Source of the DNA: Rhynchobatus australiae
Taxonomy: Eukaryota
Length of the DNA: 64,000 bases
Direction: 5' to 3'
Assembly: GCA_034780895.1 (NCBI GenBank)
Contig: JAUZTB010000069.1
Location: forward strand, 11,992,669 to 12,056,668
In this document: positions 38,064 to 50,799 of the stretch, piece after piece
Layout: every line of letters starts with the position of its first letter
How positions within the stretch are numbered: position 1 is the stretch's first letter
The notes under the pieces: model-generated
Told to the model about the DNA's origin: nothing
The model's input: only the letters and a program-made list of their open reading frames with translations
Database searches by the model: none
Translations under genes and position numbers: made by a program

Positions 38064-39924
38064 CTGAAAAGTAATAGAAATTAGGAACTTTAGCTCAAAA
38101 CAAAATTTGCTAATGTCATGAATGTCTAATTTATGACTAGCACACCACAAGATTTGTAAAATAATTTTGTAAAAATAACAAATTATTAACTATATACAAA
38201 CTTAATTTCCTTTAATTAGCTGTACATGCTTTAGGTGTTAGGTGCCTATACAATATTTCTCAAAGCTTTATTTTTGAACTCCTAGAAAAAGGAATCACTG
38301 GTGATAGCAGTGGTGAGAGAAGTGGACAATGACCTTTGGAAAGTAGGGAGCTTGGGAAAGCATGTAAAAATTGAGTCATGAGTCATTTTTTAAATAGTAC
38401 TTCAACAAAGTTCAACAACCTTTCCTAATAAGATCTTTGTGTGAAAGGATAACAAGAGAACACTATCCATTTTAACATGGCTAATTCTTTGTTATTCCTG
38501 TGGCTNNNNNNNNNNNNNNNNNNNNNNNNNNNNNNNNNNNNNNNNNNNNNNNNNNNNNNNNNNNNNNNNNNNNNNNNNNNNNNNNNNNNNNNNNNNNNNN
38601 NNNNNNNNNNNNNNNNNNNNNNNNNNNNNNNNNNNNNNNNNNNNNNNNNNAGACAGATTAACCATTACTTCAGAACATGAAAATTATTAAAATTAGAAGA
38701 AAACAATTGAGAGAAAAAATCAAGAACACCTTTTCCACAAAAAAAGGAATTAATCTAGATTCCCTATTGTAAATGCCTGTAGATACTCAAACAACTAACT
38801 TCTAGGATTGAGCTAGATTTTTATTAGGTAAAGTTATCAAGGGTTAGAGAGACTTGGCTGATTAGAATAATTGAATCAAGCAGAGCAGAGGGGTAAACCT
38901 TTCCAAAATTGCTGGCATAGAACAGATTCTAGAAATAAATGCCAAAGCCAATGCAAATTCAGTAACACTAGAATGAATAAAAGTACCATAAGTTAATTAG
39001 TTAATTAAGTTATAGCACAATTACTGGTTAGGTGTCTTATAAAACAGAAATTTCTGGTGTCATTAAGAAATGAATTGATTTCCTCAAATTCATGAATTCA
39101 AATATCAACAACACTTACTTCACCAGGATGCGATTTCAATGATAATGTCATTGATATAATGTAATAGTTGTGCCCATGCTATACACAAGGCATATATATC
39201 TGCGGAATCCTTCCACCTACATTAGCAGCATGGGAACAGAGCCTTGCAATCCAAGAAATTATGTATTCAGTATAAACATCATAATGTATGTCAAGTTTAA
39301 TTTCTTAAATGATAATTAAACTCAAGTTACTATAAAAAAATCAGAACTTTCATTTTTCCATCCTAATTAAAATTAAAACTTAGCCTTCTGTACCCTAGGT
39401 TAAAAAGCTTTGAATTTAATTGAATTATCTTGAATAATGAATTAATTCCCTGGCCATGAGTGAGTTCCATACAGGGAAGACCAATCTATTAATAAAGAAA
39501 TAAGAATTAACCCACATTTACATCATGTCTTTCACAAGACAATTATTTCAGTGATACAGATACAGGTTGAAAGATAAATACTGATCAAGGCAACTACTTA
39601 AAATTTATTTTGAGGGTGGGGATTTGGTGGTAGAGAGAGAATTGAGGTCAAAGGGGTGGAGGGGAGGATGACTGGAGAGAGGATCAAAACATTTTTTTTT
39701 TGGTGAAGGGGTGGTGTCAGGTGGGTGGTGGGAAGCAATATCCAGGTGTAAAGAACGGAAGTGGATATACCTAGCTGAAAGAAAACAGACTCCTTGGAAT
39801 CACCAGCAGTGGCCAAGACAAGGTTGGGAGCTTCTGCACCCACACCAAGAGCCTCAACTATCAGTGAAGTAAAGGAGGCTGAAGGGCAACCATAGGGGCA
39901 CAGCTAAGGTGGATGGTCACAGGC

Positions 39925-40230
39925 AACTTCTCAGTGTGGGGGAGTCTAAAACTAGAGGGCATAGGTTTAAGTTAAGAGGGGAAGATTTAACGCAGACATG
40001 AGGGGTAAGTTTGTCACACAGACGGTGGTGCACATACTCAACATGCTGCCAGAGGAAGAGTAGAGGTGGGTCAAATCACATTTAAAAGACATTTGGGCAG
40101 GTTCATGGGAAAGGGTTAGAGGGATACAGCACAAATACAGGCAAATGGGATGAGATCAGGAAGTCATCTTGGTCAGCACGGATGAGTTAGGCCAATGGGC
40201 CTGTTATCCTGCTACCTAACACAATGACAC
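39925..40230 (+). mobile_element. CR1/HER1-type LINE 3' end
   Basis: gtgggggagtctaaaactagagggcataggtttaag (VGESKTRGHRF) through the tail ggccaatgggcctgttatcctgct. Confidence 0.85.
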
Positions 40231-40619
40231 TGTTCAAAGTCAACAGTGTTTTCAGGCTTTGAATGCACAGCAAAATCCTGCACAGGTGACATCAAGCACT
40301 ATACCAAGTTTGTTACCTTTGGAGATGTCCAGTAATCTCCATATGCTAGGGCATCATGAGAGTAGATATGCCAGCAGCATGTCAACCCATAGCCTTCTGT
40401 TCCAACCTGAAGAAGGCTCCCAGGTTTAAGTCTATATAGATGATCAAACAATTTCAGACTTCTTATGTCTAGCCAAGAAAGATGCCTATTTAACATTTCA
40501 GAAATAGTGCAGTATTCTTTCACTAACCTTCGTCAGCATTCAACGCAGCTATGCAAAAAATTGCACTCGCAGGTTACGCAAAAAAAAGTAATAAAAAATG
40601 TCTAATTGCTTCAATTTCA

Positions 40620-41340
40620 TTTTATTCATTTGTTGGGTTGAGGGCATTGCTGGCAAGGCCACCAATTATTGTCTATGTCTAATTGACCTTGGAAAGATGC
40701 TGCAAACCTTCTGGTGAAGATATTCATACAGTGCTGTTGGATACAATGCTCCAGAATTTAAGTCCATGACAATGAAGGAAGAGTAATGCATTTCCAAATC
40801 AGGATAAAGTGTTACTAGGAAAGGAACTTACAGGTCATTGTATCCCCATGGGCCTACCTACCATGCTTGTCCTTCTTGGTGGTAGAGGTCACAGGTTGGG
40901 GAGGTGTTGTCAGACTATCCTAACTGAATAACTGCAGTGCATTTCATGTACAGCATGCTGTGTAGCCCCAGCACACTGATGGTTGAGGAAATAAATGTAT
41001 ACAATGATGGATGAAGTGCTATCAAACTAGGTACTTTGCCCCAAATGGTTTCCTGTGTGCTGTTGGAATTTTATTCACCCAAGGAAGTGGAGAGGCTTTG
41101 GAGTGTCAGAAAGTTAACCATTTGCCAAAGAAAACTCATCATTTGACCTCCTAAAACCAAAATATTTGTGCATCCAATCCAGTTCAGTTTCTGGTTCAGC
41201 AGCAATTGCCAATGGTGAGGCACTCAACAATGGTAATGATGTTGAATGTTAAGGGATGGTAGACATGCTCTCACTTTTGGTGGAGGTAATCATGGCCTGG
41301 CATTTTATGGAGTATTTCCTGCTGTGTCTAAATGTTGTCA
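40620..41340 (-). mobile_element. Ancient LINE 3' end (L2-like clade, tentative)
   Basis: gggcattgctggcaaggccaccaattattg..gtccttcttggtggtagaggtcacaggttgggagg is the reverse complement of the family at 27480-28030. A related piece lies at about 57000-57320. Confidence 0.65.
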
Positions 41341-43359
41341 GTTACTCACTGGAATTTATTTATCAACTGTTTTTATAAATGTAATGCCTGGGCTCAATTC
41401 ATAAACTGACACAGTTGCTTTGGAATAACATAGGTTAACAGCTACTATTTCACATTTGCTCTCGCTGCTTTCAGCAATGCATTAGGTTGTCCCAGGCTGT
41501 TCCAATTTCAGTTTCCTCCTATTAGAATCCCACTATTAATGTTTGAGACCAGGTCCTTTCCTCTCAATACTGCTACTGACTCTATGACAAGCATTCCACA
41601 TATAGTATCATAGTTTTATTTTCAGTTGGAGATAGGAGCTCCTATTAAATTATACTGTAATATTATGCCAGATGAATTACTGTTTGCGCTGGAATGGGCA
41701 AGTGGGCAAATAGAAACTGGTTTAGAAAGGATAAAGGTTGCTGTGTTAAATTGAGGGGGCAGAGTGCTGATATGAATGATGAAGGCTGCTGAACATGAGC
41801 CTTTATAGAAAGCTGGGGAGGTGGTTAAGATAGAATATCTCTGAAATTGACCCGGTGACACTGACTGTACTTGAATTGAAGCATGGTGGTATGGTAGTCA
41901 TGTGACTTTTAGAAACTTAACATTGTTGGACTGTTGAACATCCAGAAATCAAAGCATTTAAACCTTCTTAAAAAATACCAAAAATCATTGGTGTAAAACA
42001 GAACAGCTATTCTGTTAAGTAGATAATACAAAATATGTAGGCAAGAGAGAGATTAAATATCAAATGGACTAGACCTTCTACAATCCATTGAATGCCACTG
42101 ATAATACCAAAAGCACTGAATATACAATCTGGGCACATTCATACTTAATATTTAACTGAATACATGCAAGGATCAAAGATCATGAAGACTACAACTTCCA
42201 TGTGCATATTGCATTTTATTCAAGAAAATGTCCAAAGTGCTTCAAACCACAAAACCAAACCAAGACTGACATTGAGGCAAAGATGATGGGCTGACAAAAT
42301 GCTTCTTCTAATATACAGATTTTAAGCATTGTCTGAAAAAAGGGAAGAGAGATGAAAAAGCAGAAGTGCTTAAATTTAGGATCAGTATAGTTAAATGCAC
42401 AGGTACTAATGGGAGAGTGTGTGATGCACAAAAGACCAGATCAACAAATGGAGAATTACTCAAACTTTGTTTCTGTNNNNNNNNNNNNNNNNNNNNNNNN
42501 NNNNNNNNNNNNNNNNNNNNNNNNNNNNNNNNNNNNNNNNNNNNNNNNNNNNNNNNNNNNNNNNNNNNNNNNNNNNNNNNNNNNNNNNNNNNNNNNNNNN
42601 NNNNNNNNNNNNNNNNNNNNNNNNNNNNNNNNNNNNNNNNNNNNNNNNNNNNNNNNNNNNNNNNNNNNNNNNNNNNNNNNNNNNNNNNNNNNNNNNNNNN
42701 NNNNNNNNNNNNNNNNNNNNNNNNNNNNNNNNNNNNNNNNNNNNNNNNNNNNNNNNNNNNNNNNNNNNNNNNNNNNNNNNNNNNNNNNNNNNNNNNNNNN
42801 NNNNNNNNNNNNNNNNNNNNNNNNNNNNNNNNNNNNNNNNNNNNNNNNNNNNNNNNNNNNNNNNNNNNNNNNNNNNNNNNNNNNNNNNNNNNNNNNNNNN
42901 NNNNNNNNNNNNNNNNNNNNNNNNNNNNNNNNNNNNNNNNNNNNNNNNNNNNNNNNNNNNNNNNNNNNNNNNNNNNNNNNNNNNNNNNNNNNNNNNNNNN
43001 NNNNNNNNNNNNNNNNNNNNNNNNNNNNNNNNNNNNNNNNNNNNNNNNNNNNNNNNGAGGTGTGGTTAGATGGGCGGCACAACACGGTGGGCCGAAGGGC
43101 CTGTATTGTGCTGTATTGTTCTATGGTTCTAAACTCACCTCTTGTTTTCTTATTTTACCAAAAAAACACATACTGAGTACTGAAACATGTACTGAATGAT
43201 AATTGTTCATGTTTTTTATGTTTTTATCTACTAATCAAGCAAGTAATCTTTCTCCTCTACATTCCTAATGGGGCGAGTATATTACACATTTCTGATTTAT
43301 AGCATTCTCTGTTCAAAGCATAAAAGTTGGAAGCATTTGTTACTTATCACAGTACTCAC

Positions 43360-43475
43360 CGAAGCTGCTTTGCATAGTTGATCTCAATATCTGTTCTGTC
43401 CTTCACAAACTTGTTGTATCTCTCTACAAATTCAATCCCCCATTGCATGTGTTTATCCAAGTTGTCAAATTGATC
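43360..43475 (-). CDS. FNBP1: FNBP1/FBP17 coding exon 2 equivalent (start of F-BAR/FCH domain)
   Basis: Translates [39 protein letters not shown] (human FNBP1 recalled as [39 protein letters not shown]). Acceptor ttttgcaccctacag, donor CG|gtgagt, 116 bp, phase 0 to 2. Confidence 0.95.
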
Positions 43476-43989
43476 CTGTAGGGTGCAAAAAAAATTAGAA
43501 TCATTATTGTTTCGCTGAGATTCACATGCTTTTTCACACATTCTCAGGCCAGACATAGCTATCCCTGGTAATGCATGATTTTGGCTCTATTTACATGTAG
43601 AAAATAATTATTAATTTCTCATGAGTAAATGGATCCCAGAAAATGAAAAAAAAATGATACTCCCTCATTTGCTTGGGAATATAAATTTTCTCATTATTGC
43701 ACATTACATTTCAATGCAGTACTGGAATACCGAATGCTAGAGAACCTACATACATACTCCTAGATGAAGGGCTTTGGCTCTAATCCAAAATTGTTGCTTC
43801 ATTTAGTAATCAAGTTCCTTCTTTATTTAAACCACATTGCAATCAACCCAAGGAGTTGGCAACTATCCAAGTGAAGTTGGAATACTTATTTATTCACGTG
43901 TATTTTTGATCCGAAATAAGGTCAGAATTTTCCTTTTTAAAAAGACTACAATTTCTCTGTACTTTCATTTGACGTAGAATAGGATCATG

Positions 43990-44805
43990 TACACAAAGGC
44001 AATTCACCACACGACATTTACGCCTCTTCTTTAAAAGTGCTGAAGTGACCAAAAATATCTGCACTTGTGGTCTCACCAGTGCCTTGTATTGTTGCAGTAA
44101 GATCTTCCTCCATTTATACTCCAAACCCCTTGAAATAAAGGTGAAACACCTGCTGTACTTGTCTGCTAGCTTTTTATTTTCATGTACAAGAACCCCCATA
44201 TTCTTTCCTGCAGTCTTACTCCATTTTGAAAACAATTCTGTTCTCCTTCCAAAATTAATAACTGCACATTTTGCCACATTATAATCCATTTGGCAATTTT
44301 CTGCCCACTCACTTAACCTATCAACATCTCTCTGCAAGCTGTTTGTCTTTTCCTTGCAACTTGCTTTCCAACTTATTTTTGTTTCATCTGCAAATCAAGA
44401 GGCAGCGCCTCAAGAAGGCAGCATCCATTATTAAGGACTCTCACCACCCGGGACATGTCCTCTTCACATTCCTATCATTGGGGAGGTGGTACAGGAGCCT
44501 GAAGACCTACACTCAACGTTTCAGGAACCGTTTTTGCCCCCCTGCCATTTCTGAACAGGCCATAAATCTATGAACACTACCTCATTATTCCTCTTTTGCA
44601 CTATTTATTTATTTTTGTAACTTATAGCAATTTTTATGTCTTTATGTCTTGTACTGTCCTGCTGCCAAAAAAAACAAATTTCCTGACATATATGAGTGAT
44701 AATAAACCCGATTTTGATNNNNNNNNNNNNNNNNNNNNNNNCAGGTCATTAATAGATATTGCTAGCATTTGTGGCACCAACACTGATCCCTGTGGTATCC
44801 CAACT
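43990..44805 (-). mobile_element. CR1 RT fragment interrupted by a + strand Rex1 3' fragment
   Basis: ORF 43894-44337 (-) reads MQRDVDRLSEWAENCQMDYNVAKC..ISRGLEYK..YKALVRPQV. CR1 resumes at about 44742-44802 (GIPQGSVLVP). Confidence 0.8.
44395..44718 (+). mobile_element. Rex1/Babar 3' end fragment
   Basis: KRQRLKKAASIIKDSHHPGHVLFTFLSLGRWYRSLKT, then a 3'UTR ending gataataaacccgattttgat. Near-identical to 45730-46180. Confidence 0.85.
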
Positions 44806-45099
44806 CCTCTTCTGTTTCTTACTTTACTTTTATGCTATTCATATACAACTGATTTTGCAACCATAAAGCACCCAAGTGCCAACTGGAAATATTCTCTGCC
44901 AAACACCCATATTATAAAGCATTTGAGAATTCCTTATGATATCACACTGTGTGACTAATTATGGACACTAAAAAGTATTTTAAAAATTGCTGATTTGACA
45001 AAATTGAACTAATTAAGGGTGTGCATGCATGCTCATAAGAGGTAAACCTCAACAACTTTAGTGTCAAGGATGCAAGTATTCAAGCATTCTTGTCAGGTG

Positions 45100-45452
45100 T
45101 TCCAAGTCAGCTGGTTGTGGACTCAAATCCCACTCATGTGAGCAGAGGACAAAATTCTTGACGAATGCTCCAGTGCAGGACTAAACGAGTGTTGCACTAC
45201 TGAAGCAGTTAAGATCCTATGGGTCAATTTCAAAAGAAGAGCAGCAATTATCCTCAGTATTGTGGACAATATTTATGCTCAAACAACAAATAACATTACA
45301 GACTAATTATCTGGTTATTACCACACCATTCTTTGTAGGAATCCGATATGTGCAAACTCTCTACTGTATTTGCTATATTATAACAACAACTACACATCAT
45401 TTACTATAGCATGCCTGGTGGTGTCTTGTGGTCATTAAAGGCACTACATAAA
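45100..45452 (+). mobile_element. Deu-domain SINE (SacSINE1/AmnSINE1-like), decayed
   Basis: gatcctatgg..aaaagaagagcag..ggacaatatttatgctcaa..ttatctggttattaccac..tgtgcaaa matches the recalled Deu-domain consensus. More decayed inverted copies may lie at about 40230-40550 and 49330-49610. Confidence 0.7.
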
Positions 45453-45454
45453 TA

Positions 45455-46182
45455 TGTCATCTCAGTGGATCTATCTTGGGCCCAACACATTGATGCAATC
45501 ATGAAGAAGGCACACCAGTGGCTCTACTTCACTAGGAGTTTGAGGAGATTTAGTATGTCACCAAAGACTCTTGCAAATTTCTATAGATGTACGGTGGAGA
45601 GCGTTCTGACTGGTTGCATCACTGCCTGGTATGGACGCTCCAATGTGCAGGATCAAAAGAGGCTGCAGAGGGTTATAGGCTCAGCCAGCTCCATCACAGG
45701 CACAACCCTCCCCACTATTGAGGACATCTTCAAGAGGTGGCGCCTCAAGGCGGCGGCATCCATCATTAAGGACCCTAACCACCTGGGACATGTGCTCTTT
45801 ACTTTACTACCATTGGGGAGGAGGTACAGGAGCCTGAAGACCCACACTCAACATTTCAGGAACAGCTTCTTCCCCTCTGCNNNNNNNNNNNNNNNNNNNN
45901 NNNNNNNNNNNNNNNNNNNNNNNNNNNNNNNNNNNNNNNNNNNNNNNNNNNNNNNNNNNNNNNNNNNNNNNNNNNNNNNNAACATTTCAGGAACAGCTTC
46001 TTCCCCTCTGCCATCAGATTTCTGAATGGGCCATGAACACTACCTCATTATTCCTCTTTTACATTACTTGTTTTTGTAACTTATAGTAATTTTTATACCT
46101 TTATGTCTTGCATTGTATAGCTGCTGCAAAACAACAAATTTCATGACATATGTCGGTGATAATAAACCTGATTTTCATTCTG
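45455..46182 (+). mobile_element. Rex1/Babar LINE 3' fragment
   Basis: ORF 45411-46025 reads ISVDLSWAQHIDAIMKKAHQWLYFTRSLRRFSMSPKTLANFYRCTVESVLTGCITAWYG. 3' tail gataataaacctgattttcattctg. Confidence 0.9.
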
Positions 46183-49100
46183 TCTTATTCCCTTACTATC
46201 AAATGATTTAAATTTGTATATTATACATCATTTTCAATACATAAGGACAATCTTTTTTTTAAAGTTTATCATAAGAAGTACGAAATATAAAATGATAATT
46301 ATCTATTCAACCTAGACCCAACAGAATCAGGCTACAGAAAAGTGTCACAATTTACAGCTTACATGCTCTACAAATTACTCCCCCACATTACCTTTGTATT
46401 GCTCCAACAGCTTCCCATCCTTACATCAACCATTGGCAGAACTTGGCAAAAATCTTATTCTTATTTCTTCAAATTAAAAACATGCCAAATTAAACAAAGT
46501 CATCTGCTTCACATGTATACCTGTACCTGTCTAATGTTCTGTAGAACTCAGTAGTATGATTCTATTTCACTTCAAGGTCAATTAGTGTAAAAAGTACAGC
46601 AACATGTGCCTGACCACNNNNNNNNNNNNNNNNNNNNNNNNNNNNNNNNNNNNNNNNNNNNNNNNNNNNNNNNNNNNNNNNNNNNNNNNNNNNNNNNNNN
46701 NNNNNNNNNNNNNNNNNAACATGTGCCTGACCACATCCTCTGGTTTCAAGCACTCATCTCAAACTGCAGGCAGTCTCTGAGCTATACTTCCTGTAGCAAT
46801 CACCATTTAAAGTTGAAGTACAGCTCAAAATCAGAATAACCTTGTTTTCTTTTTGTTAGTTTTTTGCGTCAAGAAAACAGTTTCATACTGTATCTAATCA
46901 GGATGCTGGCTGACAAAGAAAAAGGGGATTAGACAATTTTCTTCCAAAAAAATTCTGTAAAACATTAGTTCTGGAAATAGAAATCAAATATTTTAAATTA
47001 TGGAATTGGGAAAAATGGATTATTAATATACAAATCAGATCTGTAGGGAACAAAGTGGACATTTATTATCAAGAAAGCAAGCATGTTAAGTGCAAATTGG
47101 TGGGATTCTGTGCAAAGATGGCCTTGTATGGCATGGTTTTTCTCTTCACAGAGAACAAAAGAGAAAAGTGTGTCAAACAGACAGAGACCGGAGATTACGG
47201 TGCCCAGACTTGCAGAAACCGCACACTCAACAACATGTCCATTACATTGAGAACTAAGTGTACAATTCAATTTGGGATGGATGGCTGAGGTCAGAGGGAG
47301 ATGGGATCAAACTGCACTATTCAAAACATTACTCTAAAAAGTGTAAATTAAGAGAAACAAAAAAAAATGGTAAAATAGGAGTTATATTTAAAAAGAAACA
47401 GGAATATCTTCTGGAAGGGCTGAATTTGGATGGGCTCTTATCTCTCATTTGTACTTCTTACTATCATAGTGTAAACAGTATGTTAAATTTGTTAATGTTT
47501 TAACAGCAATAAATGCAATCAGAAACTATCTATCTTTGGAAGCTGGAAATATCTGAAGACACAAAAATTCCAGTAGGAATTTTTACAAAAATAAAGGCGA
47601 TTATTCAAATTGACAATGCACAGCAATAACATAAGGACATATCGAGCTCAGTACTTCAATAATATTGGATGCTCTTTTATTAAATGCAAACCACCAGGAC
47701 TGATAAGTACTTGGATTTTCAAGCATTAATCACAGACAAATGGGGATGACATCTTGCTCTTTCACCAATGGCAAAAATCTTCCCACAGGTGCTTTGCAGG
47801 AGCAAGTTCAAATGAAATTTGACGTCAAGCCACACAAGGAGNNNNNNNNNNNNNNNNNNNNNNNNNNNNNNNNNNNNNNNNNNNNNNNNNNNNNNNNNNN
47901 NNNNNNNNNNNNNNNNNNNNNNNNNNNNNNNNNNNNNNNNNAATGGCAAAAATCTATTACGTAGTTAAATTTACTTCAGATGTACAAACTTTACTAGTAC
48001 TCTGTAGATCTATTTAAATAACAATATGTATGTGCAACCATTCCAATAAATACATGCAATATATCTTTTTAAATCAAACTGACATGACCTTGTTGTACAA
48101 AATTATTAAAGACAGGCGTATGTACAGGCTATGTGAATTTGTGTTATTCCCATAAAGCTGATGATATAAAGCGTAGTGGGTTTTTTTGAGGGTCGGGAAG
48201 GAGGAAATACTTCCTTGATACAAGGAAGTGGGAAATGTCTGCCTTCTTGAGGATGATGTGAAAAGTTAGCTTTGTCAAAAAAAAATCAGTTTTGACATAT
48301 TATTTTTCTGAACGGCTTGAAGTGTTGTCTTTTGAGTTTACTGGTCAGAGTTCAGAAAAAGTTAAGTGCTAGATCCTGCATTATATTTCCTTCTTCACTT
48401 AGTTAGTATGATTCTATGCAATATACATGGTGACATAAGGCTTTTGGTCCACTCCAGATGTTGCTCGAGAAACTATTTATCATTCTGCAGGGCTTGTTTA
48501 GGTCCTGCCCCCAAGTCCCTCCAACTACAAAAAGCCACTTCACAACATAAAGCCCTGCCTACAAACCCAATGCAGCACAAGCCTCTCCCAGAATCTGTTC
48601 TTATGGTTGATAGGAAGTGTGAGCAACCCCACCATACATGATGTATACCCCTACAAACCTTGTAAACTTTCACACTTATATTCACCTACTTTTCCTTCAC
48701 AAGAAAAAATTAAGTTGAGCTCTTACCTTAGTGACCTTACTTATGCAACACTGGACTATAAATACAACATGATGTTCACATCTCTGTCACCAGTCTGATC
48801 AAAGCCAAAGTTCCAGCCAAAATTACTACAACGGCCACTGCCAATGTGGTCTTTCATCTACTAAGAGATTGGAGACAGGGCTGCAACAGCTGGCAGTAGC
48901 AGTCTCCTTACTTATAAACAGGCACATTAAACATTCTTTATCATTAGGGTTCAAGTAGAATTTCTTTCTAAATGCCTTGAGCAGAAACATCCTTATGTTA
49001 CAAACCATTCACCTCTTCAGTAAACTTCCAGATATGCTTGGAAAAACAAATAAAGTAGAACTACAGCAGTAGTCAAAAGAAATTAACTAGCAATTAACTT

Positions 49101-50799
49101 CTAAGTAGTTAATAACCACATTAAATAACGCTGATAGTGGGTCCTTCACTTTCCTTAAGTATTCACCGTTGAATGCACATTAAGAGAGGAGACTGACTGG
49201 GGTAAAGAGGGCCAAATGGTGGATCTGCGTCAAGCCAGCATTGCAAGCTTATCAATGTCATGATCTGTCTGCATAACTAAGGTGAATGTTAAGTGCACAA
49301 ATGACATCCTGCATGCTTCATGTCTCAATTGTGCACTTGCACTGCAGAAATCTTGGAGCACAAGAGGTACTCATGGCACCCAAAGCAAGAATTACTCTCC
49401 CCTTTCTTTGTTGAAATACTGCAGTCTGAGCAGGTCTAAAACAATCTTCTGGAAAATTGTGCATCATATCCAGTGAAGAGACAGAACAGTAAAAGAGGTA
49501 TTGAAGGTTCCACCTTCAGATAACATTGCAATAGCTCAGTACTCCCGCAACAATGGAGTATTTGTTTAAGGATGTCTTTATAACTTAAAGTTTTCCAGTG
49601 ACTACTCAGTTTATTTATCAAGATCACTTGGATTGCTCAATCCACCTTCCATATTATTCATCAATATTGCAAAGCCAGGCATTCAGTCTTCAGCTACATT
49701 ATAGCTCCTCTGATTATAATCCATTCCATGCTAGCCAAAGCCATGGGATGGAAAATTCCAGATATCCTCTCTGAAAGCATAATCTCTCTCATAACCAGAG
49801 GAAATCACCAGAGTTAGGTGCAGAGATGACATTTCTCATTTAAATTTTAGCAACTGACATTCATGCTCAAATACAAAAGTTGCAAAGCTGTTCTCAGTTC
49901 TCTCAGCATGCCTCAAAGGTGCTTTGATTTTAGCAACAAACGAGATTTACAGAACATGAGGAAGCGGTGTGGAAACCCATGTCAGATTATGCACAGGCAG
50001 CCCTTCTGCATTCATCCTTATGATGCTCTATTGCATTCCTTCGAAGAGAATAGTTGCAAAGGACCAAGTTTTTGAATGGCTTTAATTTTTTTTGTATGTA
50101 GTTCAACGCTCAAGCATTCTTAAAACATTTTTTAAAATTTGTGGAATATAGGTGTTACATTCCAAAAAAGCCTAAAAAGATGACTTAATAATTTGTGTTT
50201 AACTAACTTGCTGTGAAATTAATATGGAGGAATAATTTTCTTTATGTTGTTTGCCCTATTATAAAAGTGAAATTAAAAGTAACAAACCACAGGACAAAAT
50301 AGTTTTATGGTGTTGTATACCAACATGGACTCTTCCATTGATGGTGACAAGTTATGTAACCTGTAAATTTCCCAGCTAAGTGCTTTCATGTGTACTTTCA
50401 ACATGTAAGTGACAGCACATGCTGGAAGTATCAATAGCAAGACCCACAAACAAGGTAAGGATAGTGAAGCTACAGCACAGGATTATATGCATGCTATAAG
50501 GCAGAAAAAACAAAATATAGACTGAGATAAGTAATCTTCACAACTAACAGATCAGATCAAAGTGCACCCTGCTGTCACATCCAGTCATGAATGATAATGT
50601 GGAAACTCCAGATGCATCCTCAATCTCTCAGAGTTTAGCATGCAAATGCAAAAGACTAGGCTGAAATGTTTCTAATTACCTTCAGCCTGAATGCCAAATG
50701 GATAATCCATCCTGTCCTCCTTCTGAAGCTCCACCATTACAGAAGGACGTCTTGATTTAATCGGTTTGTCACCATATCAAGAAACAACTAACCAAAAAT

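Noticed and set aside
39119-39216. Possible 98-nt poison exon (tag|GTGGAAGG...GGTGAA|gtaagt) between exons 2 and 3
   Set aside because: The donor is good but the acceptor lacks a polypyrimidine tract, the frame has a stop and there is no homology. Expected by chance.
43476-43556. N-terminal extension [27 protein letters not shown] of ORF 43356-43556
   Set aside because: Intronic read-through upstream of a strong acceptor (ttttttttgcaccctacag). Homology starts at DQFD.
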